Positions 62,977 through 64,000 of a stretch of DNA of 64,000 nucleotides are shown in pieces. The translations under genes and the position numbers were made by a program. This stretch comes from Octopus vulgaris (lineage: Eukaryota): positions 82,646,001-82,710,000 of the forward strand of contig OX597817.1 in assembly GCA_951406725.2 (NCBI GenBank), read 5' to 3'. The notes under the pieces were generated by a model. It had not been told where the DNA came from. It was given only the letters and a program-made list of their open reading frames with translations, and did no database searches. The first letter of the stretch is position 1. Every line of letters begins with the position of its first letter.

Positions 62977-63298
62977 CACTGGAGTAAGCACATAAAAGCG
63001 AAACAAGGTGGAGAAAATAGTACTTCAATACCAGAGGTAGAGTAATATGCTTTATTGAAAAGCAGCAAAAATGTATCACAAAAACTGTTACTCAGAGTTT
63101 TACGTTCCCATTCATCGGGCAGCTTAGCTTAGAATGGAACAGAAATAAGGTTCTAAGCAAATATATGCAATTAGTATAACTATATGTTTGCTTATAAAAT
63201 TATTTCTGTTCTATTCTAAACTAAACTGTCCAACGAATGGGAACATGAAACTCTGAGTAACAGCTTTTGTGATATATTTTTGCTGCTTCTCAATAAAG
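62977..63298 (-). mobile_element. Fold-back element, 117-bp arms each with a hammerhead-like motif
   Basis: 63050-63166 mirrors 63182-63298. HHR-like motifs at 63085-63122 (-) and 63226-63263 (+). Tail 62977-63049. (TA)n flanks. Confidence 0.75.
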
Positions 63299-63320
63299 GA
63301 TATATATATACATATATACA

Positions 63321-63362
<42 letters not shown>

Positions 63363-63553
63363 CACATACATTATATAAGACAGGCTTTGTTCAGTTTCTT
63401 TCTACCAAATCCACTCACAAGGCTTTGGTTGGCCCACAGCAATAGTAGAACACACTTGCCTAAGATGGCATGCAGAGGAACTAAACCCAGAACCATTTGG
63501 TTGGAAAGCAAACTTCTAACTACACAGCAATTTATTGAATGATTTCTAATTAC

Positions 63554-63799
63554 CTTGAAACTATCAATGTAATTAATATTTGACACTCCTCCTAATGCAG
63601 CAATTTCATCTTGCAGATATCTTTCTAAATCCTCAAGAAGCTTGGCCTTTCCGGTTCTACCATATCTCCTGTGGCTCCTATCATCCAAAAACAACAGGCT
63701 TTTACTTTTTGTCAGAATGGTATGTATTCTGTTATCACTTAAAGTGCCAAAACTACAGGGCCATGTGTCAAGTTCTCCTGTTCTTCTATCACGATAAGG
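63554..63799 (-). CDS. TSNAXIP1: TSNAXIP1-like gene, first exon visible in window (246 nt, phase 0-0)
   Basis: Acceptor ttaatttacAG, donor AAG|GTaatt. Translates PYRDRRTGELDTWPCSFG...KAKLLEDLERYLQDEIAALGGVSNINYIDSFK, resembling the TSNAXIP1 N-terminal region as I recall it (GHLSPWP, KPQYLEELENYLRKEL). Upstream exons lie outside the window. Confidence 0.82.
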
Positions 63800-64000
63800 C
63801 TGTAAATTAATAGAAAATAGGGCAATTACACAAATATATCAATTGAGCATATTATCTTCTCATTTTGAAGACACAAGAGCATTAATTAATTCTTAGTAAA
63901 TTTACATATTTGGTTAAGTAATGGCATGTGGGGTTAAGAAAATCGATATTTCAAACAATCTCCTTCACTGTGGAGAAAAAAAAAAGCAAATATAAAAAAT

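Overview
AT-rich, microsatellite- and repeat-dense animal genomic DNA, most likely octopus (inferred from the tRNA-derived SINE families, not from a search). The window lies inside one minus-strand gene. Four GT-AG exons (63554-63799, 53517-53651, 40849-40918, 15470-15752) splice in frame into a TSNAXIP1-like coiled-coil protein. The 10-25 kb introns hold SINEs, RTE 3' ends, Tc1/mariner relics, MITEs, six non-autonomous Helitron-like elements and several Penelope-like element (PLE) remnants. Almost all ORF-track entries are artefacts of these repeats. The most notable structure is a set of elements inserted into (TA)n tracts as fold-back or partial-tandem copies, many carrying minimal type I hammerhead ribozymes (HHRs). 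They include a non-coding 535-nt retrozyme-like unit with a fully canonical HHR, a 3.6 kb head-to-head PLE with a U3-A8 variant HHR, and a fold-back element that captured neighbouring DNA between its arms. Several unrelated members share a 3'-terminal CCC(T/A) motif. Everything was read by eye: repeat boundaries are approximate and ribozyme activity is untested.
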